Below, piece by piece: positions 27,422-39,300 of a DNA stretch of 64,000 nt. Source of the stretch: Setoptus koraiensis (taxonomy: Eukaryota; Animalia; Arthropoda); the NCBI GenBank assembly GCA_048013815.1, contig CM106586.1, positions 15,252,001 to 15,316,000 on the forward strand, read 5' to 3'. The notes under the pieces were generated by a model. The model was given only the letters and a program-made list of their open reading frames with translations, made no database searches and had not been told where the DNA came from. How positions within the stretch are numbered: position 1 is the stretch's first letter; the number at the start of each line of letters is the position of its first letter. The translations under genes were made by a program, and so were the position numbers.

Positions 27422-28060
27422 CTCTCCAGCGGCGACTCTCGAGCCGACCGCTGCGACAGGCTCGAGAGTCCCGCTCGAGCCGCGGCTCTCGTGCACGTCG
27501 GGCTGGCGTGTCAAGACTCGAGTTCGTAGCGACCATCGCGCCACAACAACACAAGTCGGCGATGGCGTCACCTAGCAACGTTGTTCACTGATCACCAAGC
27601 TCGCATAATCGTTGCATGGCAAACGGGTTGTGTCGTCGTCTGTGTGCACTAATTGACTTTGTCGACGTAATGACCTTGTTGAACTGTCTTTGTCGAAATG
27701 ACTCTGCTGAATTGTCGACTCTGTCGGGGTGACTTGGCTGAATCGTCGTCGTCTGTGTGTGTGTGATTGACTTGCGGGCAAGTTTACATAACCTGACAAT
27801 TGCGATTACATAACATTGCGCGGGCAATGTTATGTAATCGCCGCAATTGTCAGGTGCCCACAATTGTGGCGATGGTCGACTGTTCACACGATTGATTAAC
27901 TGGCTCGCGTCAATCAGCTGACGATTCATCGGCGATTCGAGTGGATCCAGTCGGCTCAGTTTGGTCAGTTGACGGCCGAGTTGCACGAATGAGCCGATTG
28001 ATTGATTTGGCCCACGCGCCAGCGGCCCCCTTCCGGCCGACTTTGTAAGCCGGGCCTGGC

Positions 28061-28120
28061 GCAGTATATGGCAGTATATGGCAGTATATGGCAGTATATG
28101 GCAGTATATGGCAGTATATG
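28061..28120. repeat. 10-bp perfect tandem repeat (gcagtatatg) x6
   Basis: Six perfect copies. Confidence 0.97.
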
Positions 28121-28590
28121 GCGCGGCCGTTGTCGTTATCATTATTGTAAATCAAGCAGCCGGCTGCTGGCTAGAAATTGCGAGTCTATCTGGGTCTGCT
28201 CGGTTCGCGTATTCGCGTGAGCGCGATTGAGTAGATGGCGCGCCGTCATGTGACAGTTATTGGCCAACGACATAGGCCCAGATAAATAAATAGATAACCT
28301 TGAACGACTTGCAAGCCGACCAGTGGAGCGTTGTTAAATCACATACTGTTTACATTTTAGTTGTGTGCTCTGTTGCGTCGTTGGCGCCGCTCGCGCCCCA
28401 ATATATCTTATCTCGGCCCATGTCGGCAAGCCAATTAACTGACAGCCGGGCCGCTGATCCTGCGCTCGCTCATTGCCAGTTGTCGCGGGCGCGAGGCGAC
28501 GATTGCGGGCCCAATGATGGGCCGCAATCGGGCCACTAACCGGGCACTAAGCGAGCGGGCCGCCACACGGGCGAGCGTGCGCTCCTTGGG

Positions 28591-28700
28591 GCCGCCTAGC
28601 GTCTCGTTGGGCGGCCTAGCGCCTCGTCGTGCCGCCTAGCGCCTCGTCGTGCCGCCTAGCGCCTCGTCGTGCCGCCTAGCGCCTCGTCGGAGACGCCTAG
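28591..28700. repeat. 20-bp tandem repeat (gccgcctagcgcctcgtcgt) x~5
   Basis: Three perfect central copies with degenerate flanking copies. Confidence 0.9.
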
Positions 28701-29722
28701 TGTCGGCCCGCAGCGGGCCTTTTGGGGAGCCAACTTGCCAGTTGCCAGTTGCCAGTTGCCAGTCGCCAGTCGACGCCTTCGATGGCTCGCTGGTCGACAG
28801 CGCCACCCCGCCTCGAGCAACAACATCAACAACGACGCTGCAACTTTTATAACAAGCGTCGTCGCAACCATACAGCAACAACAGTGCCGCCTAAGCGCCC
28901 TCCACTAGAGGGCCTGTAGCCCCCATCGCAAGCCAACTATGATAGCTGGCCATATAATCAGATAATCATATGATCATATCCACCCGTGGATTTATCTGCA
29001 CAAAGCCATTATTTGCCAAACTTATCTAAGCCCCATTTGCGCCGCTTGCGGCCTATGCCCACCGTCGGCTGCCCACCATCGGCTGCCCACCATCGGCTGT
29101 TTGCTGGCCCATCATCGGCTGGCCCACTGGCGCGCCCACTGATGAGCCCGCTGGCGAGCTCACTGATGAGCCGGTTGGCCAGTGAGCCAGTGGGCCGCTG
29201 AGCGGCGGATCGATGCATAACCGAGCGAGCGAGCTTGCCAGCGGGTCGGCATCACGCTGGCGCGACCACGTTACAGTGTCTACTTTTGGCACTGCTGCTG
29301 CTATTACGCGGCCTATGCACGTTGTATCAGGGGCCCCACGCGAACAAGCCAACAGTTCTGGCCAGTTGTGGCCAGATTCGCGAGCCCGCGAGCCGCGGGG
29401 CCCCCTGGCCCGCCTAGTGATCGGCCCACGGACTGCCGATGGCTGGCGCAAAGTCACACGATGGCACAGTGCGCACTGCATACTGCAAGTGTTTGAGCCG
29501 GCACCGAGGGCGACACATAGCGATGAGTTACGTAACGACGCCGACAGGGGCACGGCGAGCGGATGCATTCAAGGGCGAGCCGCCCGGCGGCGCCCACACA
29601 GGCACCCAGGGCCGCCAATCATTCATCTTGGGCCGCGTTTTGTCGCTTCGAGACAATTCAATGGGCCCATTGGCATGGCCGTCTCGTCCCCATGCGCGTG
29701 GTTTCCTTTTTATCTCTTCGTT

Positions 29723-29845
29723 TATGCTCGCGCCGCGTCGGGCCGGCTCGGCATTTCGTATGCTCGCGCCGCGTCGGGCCGGCTCGGCATTTCGTATGCT
29801 CGTGCCGCGTCGGGCCGGCTCGCTGTTTCGTGTGCTCGCGTCGCG
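29723..29845. repeat. 36-bp GC-rich tandem repeat x~3.5
   Basis: tatgctcgcgccgcgtcgggccggctcggcatttcg occurs at 29723, 29759 and 29795, with a partial copy at 29831. Confidence 0.9.
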
Positions 29846-30204
29846 CCGCACCGTGCCCGATCGAGCTGATAATCATGGTGGCGGCCATGGTCGTCATTGT
29901 GCTCATCACGACCGTCGCCCAGCGGCCATTGTGTTGGGGCGCCAACACAACACCAAGCGACGCGTCTTAACGTTATTATCGCCCGTCGACACTGCGCATC
30001 GCAGTTGTGCCGGCCCCCAGCCGCCCCTCAGACACGCCGTTTGTGTTGGTGTGGGTGGGTGGAGGAGGGAGGGGGGGGGGCGTCCGGCTCCAACAAAGAT
30101 GTTTGGCAAGATACTGGTTAATTATAAGCGATTTTGGGCCCGCGAACGAGTGTGCCGTATTGGCTTGTTACGTAAGTATATAGGAGCCATGGGCGATGCG
30201 CGCA

Positions 30205-30300
30205 CTTGGGCCAATTGTAGTGCGTTGTTGGGCCGATTGTAGTGCGCTGTTGGGCCGATTGTAGTGCGTTGTTGGGCCAATTGTAGTGGGCGCTGTTGGG
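30205..30300. repeat. 22-bp tandem repeat (ttgggccRattgtagtgcgYtg) x~4
   Basis: Units start at 30205, 30227, 30249 and 30271. Confidence 0.9.
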
Positions 30301-30840
30301 CGAATAAATGTGACAAGTTGACAATTGTCAATTGTTTGCCTTCTATGGCAATCTCGCGCCTCTTTGCCCGTGCACACAATCACACTGGCTGCGATCTGGG
30401 CCCCATCTCGACAGTGATCTCGGCAGCGGCGGCGTCGACAGCCATTGGCGCCGGTTCTACTTAGGCCCAGTGTGCAGCGAGGCCCCAACTGCTTGCTGCC
30501 CATCCCCCAAAACACGCATGGGGCCCCAGCGGCAGATGTGACGCATCAAATGGACGAGGGCGGACGTGCATTAGGCAACAGGATGAGTGAGCGGGAACAG
30601 GGGGGGGGCGAGCACGGTTGATGATGGCAAAAAAGCAAACACGAGCACAATTGAGAGTGTCAAACGAAGCCATCCGACCAACCAACTCACAAACTTGTGA
30701 CAGACTCGTTGACTGCCGACTAACTGTGGCGCCGCACCTGCTGCCAACACCAGCAAACAAACAAACAAACAAATAGACGACCAACACAGTCACTCAAACA
30801 GACAAACAATGGCCCTGCGCTCTGCCTCTGGTTTGGGCCT

Positions 30841-30915
30841 CACAGCGCCCCAAACACAGCGCCCCAAACAGAGCGCCCCAAACCGAGCGGCCCCAAACCG
30901 AGCGGCCCCAAACAG
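30841..30915. repeat. 15-16-bp tandem repeat (gagcg(g)ccccaaac-like) x~5
   Basis: Seen directly. Confidence 0.85.
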
Positions 30916-32767
30916 CCAAATGACCAGACGCGCCAATGATGTGTCTCACATTGCAGCCCGGCAGCGGGCTTTCTATTTTTGCGTTAGCCATCAGCCATCA
31001 GTATGTATAATGTACGTCCATTAATTGTCAATAGAGTGTCTCCAATGGCGGTGCCCCATGAGCCGCCCGCCCGTCCCTACGTTTGTCCGTTATTCACTCG
31101 GTCGCTGTTGCTGTGAATGGGGGCCCACTCTTATTATTATGTTTGCTTTATCCGGTCCATTCTATCCATCCATCCGTCCATCTATTCACCTGGGTGCGTG
31201 CGTGTGTGTGTGTGTGTGTCGACAATCATACTAACTCACTGGCGGCAGCAACTGGGCGACTTTTGTTCGCAATTTGCCATGTTGTTCAATTAGTTATGTA
31301 CCACTGAACACTTATAAACAGTTGCTGCTGCTGCTGATGCAACCCAGCAACTGTCAATTAATGCAACTTGCCAACGCACAGATTGTATCTGTCAATAAAG
31401 ATGCTATTATACTCGATAACCCTTTTCTCTTATTTGGGCCCCCACTTTTGACCGCCGCCTCGTCACTTCTTTGCTTCAAACACTAAACACTGCTACACAA
31501 CGAACCGGACAATATAAATAGAGTGCTGCCAACAATACTAAACACCAACAACAATGCCATCTGTATCAATGAGCAACTGCTCAATGACATAATCGTTGGC
31601 CATAGAGGGCCCAAATATACTGCTTAGGCTGACAAAAGCGCACTAACTGTACCGTTATAACATTATACTTACGTTATCATCTATATATGGTTTAGGTATT
31701 ACAAGTTGAGTAGCATATAAGTTGAGCTAACATTGGCACCACTGACAGCCAAACCAAATGAAATCGTTGCCACTCATTTACACGGTACTCAGGCAGCTAT
31801 AGATATAGCTCTGTTTTCTTTGTAACAATTTTCTTGCTGACACGTATACTTTCTGTTGTATCAAAATGTTTTCTTTTTCTCCTTCAATCCTGTTCGTGTT
31901 ATATAAACCAACAAAAAATCAACTTGATGCTACTACTTAATGACTGCTAACACTCCAACTTGGCAAGACAGCCTCTTAGCAATTTCCATAACACTGACTG
32001 AGCTAGATAACACAACAGACATTTAAGCGACCCACTACAAGTCTAGTGCTGCAATTGGTATGGTGTGACCAACATACTTGAGATGAGAATTATCAAGAAT
32101 TAATAACTGTAGAAGGCTAATAGGTAAGGCTTCATGTTTGTGCACGATATAAACCTCGTCTAGACGAACGATTTTCCAGCTCAAAACAAATTAAAAAAAC
32201 CCAGAGACCTACAGAAACATGGGCCCATCTTCACCATGGATGACGTAGCGAACTACATGTAGTGCGCGTGAGAATTCATATATGTCGATTTGGGTACTCG
32301 TAGTATGGCAGTGAGGTTACCCGGTGAATATTGCCATTCATACTCTCCCTGGTTTTTCTTCATTCATGAAATGCTTCAAGAAAATGACGTTTTAACGTTC
32401 CGAAAAGAGAGGTACTCTCAGAAAATGAAGCGATCCGCATTGAGAGAGGAAAGATGATTGGATATAGCCCGCACAAAACATGCACATCGATATGATTGCA
32501 TTCTTGTATATAAGTTATGTCAATGCCGACAATAGTTGGACACACTTTGCCTCGAGTCCGAGTCAGTACAAAATCTCAACAGCACTTACAACACTTACTT
32601 GTTAGTCTAGAAGCACTAAATCTCGACCAAGTTTTATTTAGACAACGCCTTCGTAATCACATCTCGTGATACACAAGAAGTGAATAACAGATGATAGTAG
32701 TGACATTCCGTCCTACAAGTGGATCTCTTCCTCCCTTGGCATCTTTTAGATCTCAAATGATCAAAGT

Positions 32768-33204
32768 CTACCAATGATACTTGTGCAGTCTGTGTTTTCT
32801 CAGATATGGTATCATTGTGAGCATGGTGAGAAAAGACACAGCGCTCATAAATTGAACAAATGCCGGGATTGCACTTCCATAACGTGTATGCATCCACCTG
32901 TATTGCCATCTGAAGAAGGCCCTGCTGGTGGCCGCAATCGCAGCTTGGGGCGTCTTATTGCGTCGCATGAGCCAAGCTTGGAGTTCACCCAATTTCACAT
33001 CTTTTAATGGGATATCCTCTGGCGTGACAGGGAAGAAAGTAAGTTATTATTTTACAAGAGAGGATAAAAAGCAGGGTAAAAGAATGTGGTCAATAAAGCT
33101 CGCTTCAACTTACTCTTGGCACTGTAGTTGACCCAAGGGTAAAATGGTCCATGAACGGCACGATTGTATTCCTTTGGGTAGTTACCAAACGATGGGAAGA
33201 CCAT
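32768..33204 (-). CDS. ATP5MF: mitochondrial ATP synthase subunit f (2 coding exons: 33204-33114, 33018-32768; 113 aa)
   Basis: Spliced product MVFPSFGNYPKEYNRAVHGPFYPWVNYSAK|KDIPLKDVKLGELQAWLMRRNKTP...RAFFRWQYRW...RKHRLHKYHW matches the subunit f family (YNxxVHGP, VKLGEL, WLxRRNKTP, KYH). The 95-nt intron has canonical gtaagt...ccag ends and restores the frame. Confidence 0.93.
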
Positions 33205-33613
33205 TTTGCCGAGATGCGATTCCCTATAGACAGATAAATATTGAACAATATTGAATAATAATATTGTTACTTTCCAATGATACTCTGGTGACCTGTAATA
33301 ATAAAATAAAATAAAAATACAAACAACTTCACATGGGTTCCACGGCAAGCTGGCGCCAATTTCAAACGAAATTTCTCGTCGAGAAATCCTCGTTGGTCGT
33401 TCGCTTGCATAATATATGAGATTAATGGACAGCGGTGTATGAAGGCGTGTTGAGTCGATTCGGCATGGCTTCATGTGCAAGTCTGATCTGTTTTATTAGA
33501 AATATTGTTTTATTTGTTGAATATCCAGACAATTGTTATTTCTTGTTCATATACTCACAGTGGTAGTAGAAGTAGTTGTAGTAGTGGTCTCCCACAACAA
33601 TACCGGCTTCATC

Positions 33614-34711
33614 ATGGGGATATTAGAAAAAATCGTCGAGATCGAGAACGAGATGAAGAGGACGCAAAAGAACAAAAAAACGGAATATCATCTCGGTTTA
33701 TTGAAGGCCAAATTGGCCAAATATCGTGCCACCCTCTTGCAACCAGCAAGTAAATCAAAAGATAAAGGAGAAGGATTTGATGTTATGAAGAGTGGCGATG
33801 CCAGAATAGCCTTGATTGGATTTCCCTCCGTGGGCAAATCCACTATTTTAAATACTTTGACACACACACATTCGGAGGCCGCCTCATACGAATTCACCAC
33901 TCTCACCTGTATACCTGGTGTCATTGAGTACAAGGGTGCTAATATACAATTGCTTGACTTGCCTGGAATTATTGAGGGTGCCGCCCACGGTAAGGGTCGC
34001 GGTAGGCAAGTCATTGCCGTAGCCAGAACATCCGACCTAATTGTTATCATGTTAGACGCAACAAAAAGTGATGTGCAACGGCAACTACTGGAAACCGAAT
34101 TAGAGACAGTGGGCATTAGGTTGAATAAACAAAAACCCAAAATTTATTTCAAAGAAAAGAAAGCTGGAGGAATAGCTTTCAATTCGACATGTCCACTGAC
34201 CAAGATAGACGAAAAAATGGTGCACATGGTATTGTCCGAATACAAGATGCATAATGCTGAAGTTTTATTCCGTGAAGACGTTGGCATAGACGAATTCATT
34301 GACGTTCTATCAAATCAGAGCCGTGCTTACATACCTTGCCTTTATGTTTACAACAAGATAGATCAGGTCTCCATAGAGGAGGTGGACCGTTTGGCTCGTC
34401 AACCAAACAGTGTTGTTGTCTCGTGTAACATGAAATTGAATCTAGATTATCTATTGGACAGGATATGGGAGAAACTGTCTCTCATTAGGATTTACACCAA
34501 AAAACGAGGCAAGCCGCCCGATTTCAATGATTCGCTTATTATGAGACGAAACGCTACAGTAGAACATGTCTGTCATAGCATACACAGGACTCTGGCAGAT
34601 CAATTCAAATATGCAATTGTTTGGGGTCTTAGTACCAAATACAGCCCTCAGCGTGTTGGTTTGGCGCATCGTCTTGCCGATGAAGATGTTGTTATGATTG
34701 TCAAAAAATAG
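33614..34711 (+). CDS. DRG2: developmentally regulated GTP-binding protein 2 (365 aa, intronless)
   Basis: Starts MGILEKIVEIENEMKRTQKNKKTEYHLGLLKAKLAKYR. Has G1 GFPSVGKST, G2 YEFTT, G3 DLPGI, G4 NKID and a C-terminal TGS domain. The true ATG is at 33614; the listed ORF starts at an upstream non-ATG codon. Confidence 0.96.
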   Translation: MGILEKIVEIENEMKRTQKNKKTEYHLGLLKAKLAKYRATLLQPASKSKDKGEGFDVMKSGDARIALIGFPSVGKSTILNTLTHTHSEAASYEFTTLTCIPGVIEYKGANIQLLDLPGIIEGAAHGKGRGRQVIAVARTSDLIVIMLDATKSDVQRQLLETELETVGIRLNKQKPKIYFKEKKAGGIAFNSTCPLTKIDEKMVHMVLSEYKMHNAEVLFREDVGIDEFIDVLSNQSRAYIPCLYVYNKIDQVSIEEVDRLARQPNSVVVSCNMKLNLDYLLDRIWEKLSLIRIYTKKRGKPPDFNDSLIMRRNATVEHVCHSIHRTLADQFKYAIVWGLSTKYSPQRVGLAHRLADEDVVMIVKK

Positions 34712-35050
34712 ACTTTGAAACTGGTCCAATAGCGAAGTCTAAGAGAGTTAGAGAAATATATGTGTGCAGAGGATGCTTTGATTTTGCAAACAAATATGAC
34801 ATAATAGTGTGTTGATTGAAAGTGTGTGCACTGTTCTATAAGAATGCCAGTTGGTTTTGCATATATTATTATTATAATTATCATCATCACGTAACACATG
34901 ATGATGATTAGCTGGTATTGCTTTTATTCATTCATTTTACTTTTAACGGAACAACGCTAGAAACGGCAACAAATTGTAATTTTGTTTGCCGTTGTCATTA
35001 TCGTGACCATTGTATAATATCCTTTCATATCATTAAACATTTAATCTAAT

Positions 35051-36143
35051 TTAGTAACGTGGGATGGCAGGGGCAGCCAAGGGCACTGGCAAGGCAGCTG
35101 GGGCCAAGTGGTTAGACACAATTGAGTAGCTGAAAGCTTGTGGGACAATTGGTGCAGCTGGTGCGTATGCTGGGGCAGCAATTGGGGCGTATGCTGGAGC
35201 GGCCAATGGAGCGGCTAGAGGAGCGGCCAGAGGAGCGGCCAGAGGAGCTGGTCCCCATGCTGGCAGAGGTGCTGGCAGGGCAAGTGGTGCAGGGGCAACG
35301 GCAAGTGGTGCTGGGGCTGCATTTGTGTGGTTTTTAGCGGAACCGGAAGTTGGATAAAAAGACGAGATAGAGAGAGCTTATGTCAGTTCCGGTTGTCAAG
35401 CTAAGAGTGCAAATTGTGATAGATAGTAGTGGTGACATTTGACTATTTTTAATTGCCCCAATACTAACCTGCGAGAACTGGTGCTGGGGCGGCGACGGCA
35501 ACTGGTGCTGGTGCGGCAACGGCAACTGGGACGGCCTTGTTGATTGAGGTGGCAGCAGGGTCCTTTGGCTCAACTCCTGGCTCGTTGGTTTGGATGTTGG
35601 CACGGAAACCGGCACCGTCAGCAACGTAGTTAACAATACGTGTTCGACCATCTAAGTCACGGAGACCGTATGAACCTGTCTTGACTCCCAAAGCATCACC
35701 GGTTTCACGTCTGAATGAGCCACCGGTTGCGTGATCTTCGTTGTAACCGAAGTTGTAGTTACCAATGTTGTCTTGGCTACGGAACTGGGTGCTGGTACCG
35801 GTTGACACGGCTGCTGGAACGGCAGCGGGTGTGATGATGTGGCTGGCTTGTGACACGGCAACAAGGGCGGCTAAACAGATTAGGACCTATAGTTGTAGTA
35901 GTTTTGTTTGTTTGTTTTTTTTTTTTTTTCATTTATATCGGTTTATATTGGATATTTTTGTTTAATTGAACATTGGATGACGAGTGAAACGCAATGATTA
36001 GTATGATTAGACATGATGATTCAAGAATTTCTTCAAGAAGTTTCGAATTGATTCACTTAAGTAATCCGATAAACACAAGTTTGGCTCATTTGGGGCCAGA
36101 CTCTGTTTTTCGTGCACTGCAAGTTGAGTTTTCGTACCTTCAT
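35051..36143 (-). CDS. R&R chitin-binding cuticle protein (3 coding exons: 36143-36138, 35886-35469, 35316-35051; 229 aa)
   Basis: Signal peptide MK|VLICLAALVAVSQA. R&R domain YNFGY...GSYGLRDLDGRTRIVNYVADGAGFRANIQTN. Ala/Pro-rich AAP(L/A) tail ending AIPRY*. Both introns are GT-AG and the frames join. Confidence 0.93.
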
Positions 36144-36272
36144 TTTGATGAGTTTTTTTACTTTTCTTGACTGCAACTGTGAAAAAAGTGTAAGAATAAT
36201 CAGAAAGATTTCTCTTTTCAATATTTTCTTGTTCTTCTTTTAGTTAAGAAACTCGAGAATTGTTTGGTGGCC

Positions 36273-36300
36273 AACTGATGAAAATTCGTTTCTATTTATA
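36273..36300 (-). promoter_or_regulatory. candidate TATA box and arthropod initiator of the cuticle gene
   Basis: On the minus strand, TATAAATA (36300-36293) is followed by TCAGTT (36278-36273). The spacing (~24 nt) is shorter than canonical. Confidence 0.4.
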
Positions 36301-39300
36301 CGAAAATCGCTCGGCTAAAACTCAAGCTATTTGTATATAGTATAAAAAACTCGTGCGCAACTCTCTGTATTGTTACCAGCCTTCCCTCGGTATCTGAGCC
36401 ACCACGAACTATTACGTGCAGTATTAACACAATGTTTAGCCTGGCTGAAAACAGTTAACAAAACACGTTCAATTATGTGTAGCCAATAATAGTAGCAGCC
36501 AAGGTATCTGGTCACCACCTCTCGTTGTTGTTGTGGTTGTGGTTGTTGTTGCTGGCTAACTGGAACAACACTTTACACAACCAGTAGTGGCAGTAGCGAC
36601 AGGTGAACAAGATAAGAGCGTTCGCTTTAGCCACTTGCCTTCTTGTTTGTTGGTCTGTTTAATGTTTGCTCGTTCATTCGTTTGCTCGTTGCAACAAGCT
36701 TGATAGCTATCGAACAGGTGAAGAAGCGGTGGATGAATTTGTTAGAGAGGGAGAGAATTTGCATGGTTGCAAATTCTTGCTCGTTACGAGCAAGAATTCT
36801 GGCTCGCATATACAATTGTTGCTAAATGAGATACAAACATATTCAATCGTATTCTTTTACATGTGTTGTGTCGATAGGGAAAAAGACAGTGGCGGGCGGG
36901 GGACGGAGGGGGGGGGGGGCGCAGTCGAAATGCGCTTGCCATTGAACTTATCCAATCGAAGCCAGAACCTGAAATATTCTCCCGTTTTCTTCTTTGGTTA
37001 CCATCTCGATAAAAGTGTCTCTCTATGCCTATTAACCTGCCTAGTAAGTTATTGATATTACCACTTTGGCTGTTTATCGTCTCTGCTATTTGACATGTAC
37101 ACTTTATATGGGACGCACTATAATGAGCAGTTATCAAAAATAAATTTTCTCTAGATGGCTGGTTAGATGGCTAGACGGCCAGACGACAAGATGGCGAGTC
37201 GGCAAGACGGCTTAATGGATAGATGGTTGGATGGATAATTCATCACGTGCACATAGTCAGTATGCGTAATAAACTAATTTCTGTCAGATTCAGACTTTCT
37301 CTCTCTCTCCCTCTGATCAGATTTCCACCAATCATCATTGGCACGTATCGATGTGTACTTTGTTCTCTCTTGTTATCTGTCTTTTATCTTGAATAATGCA
37401 CTCCTATCAATTCTATCAATCAATTGAAAGTTTTTGTTTAACGAAGCTGACGAATGAGTGAATGAATCAATGAAAGATATAACTACCAGTTAGAGTAGAC
37501 AAATTACATTGTATCACTTTGCGCTTTACATGCGATAAGGTAGGTTAACAAATTTGTCTAGATAATAATAAGAACCTTAGTGATTGGGTCAGCTACATCA
37601 GATAGTCTGGCAAGATTGAAGGCATCGTTTGTGAGAAAAACATATTCGCGATTGTGTTCGAATGAACAAAAAATAATTTGTTGCCGAGGTTGGTAAGATA
37701 AACTTGTCATCAAGCTTGCAAAAGTTTGACCTGAAACTTGATGAAACAAACACGAACATGCGAGCATGCTGAAAGTTTAAAATTTATTCGAAAAAGGTTA
37801 CTCGGTCATTTGTTGGAAGCGATTTATTTCATCAACTGGAAATGATTCTGCTGATGATTTTGATGATTTATCATCTCCGGTCATACCGTACAGTAGTTTT
37901 ATAATGTTTACGTAACAGTCCACTCAATGTCAGCATGAAACATTATAACAACATCATTCGCAATACGTTCAATAATATTATCTCAAGTTACAAGACAAAT
38001 TTTCTGTTAAGAATTGAAACGTCAATCACGCATTAGGAACAATAAAACTGACGTGCCTGACAATCACTATAACCATCATGTTGCGTCAGTGGCTTTCATT
38101 CGTTTATCCAGCCTGTTAAGTTGGAAGCCGAACAATCTCAGGTCAGGTCCACACGACCAATTGTTGAGACTCTATTTTTACTCAAAAATTGTAGGAGTGA
38201 TTAGTTAGTTGGGTCTGTTTCATTATTTGTAATGCCAAGTAACTCTAGAATCAAGGTCACTCAAAGGGATCGGCAATTTGCTCGTTCGCATGCTCGATCG
38301 TCCGCCGCCAATGTTTGTATTTGGAATAAATAATGAAGTTTTTGCCAGCTAGTTTTTTCACTTTCTCCACGTCTCCAACTCTCTCACGTCTCTAAGAACT
38401 ATCTTACCATTATATCTCTGTGGCTAGGCGACAGGGTGCTATTTAAAGGTGCTTCCCATCTGTTTGGACTGCCAGCAGCCATTGTTGTTGTTGTTGTTGC
38501 GGTTACTGTTACCGTTGTTACCGTCTGCTCAAAATTGAGATACCACCTTGACTGTGCTCACTCTGGCAGACCAACTGAACGAGTGAAAAATCAGAGAGAA
38601 TTTTTTAAAAGAGCCTTGTTGCGGTCTTGCTAGCAATATTGTATCAAGGTCGAATTGCTCCTCATTTGTTCTCGTGATTGTTCTCCAAACGCCCAATTAT
38701 TATCAACTCTATCAATCCTCCCTCCCCCTCTCTCCTTCACCAATTTAATTCACGTTTTATCTCATCGAAATCTATTTTCTTCCACATGGCCGCCACCAGT
38801 TGCACGAAAGAATCCTGAACAATTATCGCGGATAAAGGCAATCATCTTTTTCCCCAGATTCACCTCGCCAATCACAAAGATGGTAGATGTTTTGCGAGAG
38901 GGAAAAACTTTTTTAATCTTGTGAGGCTTCGTCAGCACTGCGATATAAATGCAGATAAACCTACGAGTAATTCGAAATAGCCTCCATTATTGGGCCTATT
39001 TCTAGGCTAGAATAATCATAGGCATAGCTTATAAGAAAATTTATTGTATCGTAAAAATAATTTTGAATTAGTAGATGGCAATCAAGGCGATAATAATGTA
39101 ATAAGTAATTCTCTATATGCTGGTGCAATTTCGTTTTTGTCACGAACTCGAGACGATCATGGCCAATATCTGTTAATCATTTGTATTAATGATCAGACGA
39201 TTCTTCTATATTCTTCTTACATTTATATATAAATATATATATATCAATACAATGAGCCACTTGTTTTCTTTATTATGTTCATTAGTCACTCTCACTCTTT

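Noticed and set aside
29213-30242. 218-aa and 267-aa plus-strand ORFs with repeated peptides
   Set aside because: They are translations of the 36-bp minisatellite. Overlapping ORFs in several frames indicate stop-poor GC-rich DNA.
27366-30915. CRISPR-like arrays
   Set aside because: The repeats are head-to-tail without unique spacers, there are no cas genes, and the context is eukaryotic.
33688-34140. 150-aa antisense ORF inside DRG2, and similar antisense ORFs over METTL14, ADCK1 and EcR
   Set aside because: They are shadow ORFs of real coding sequence.
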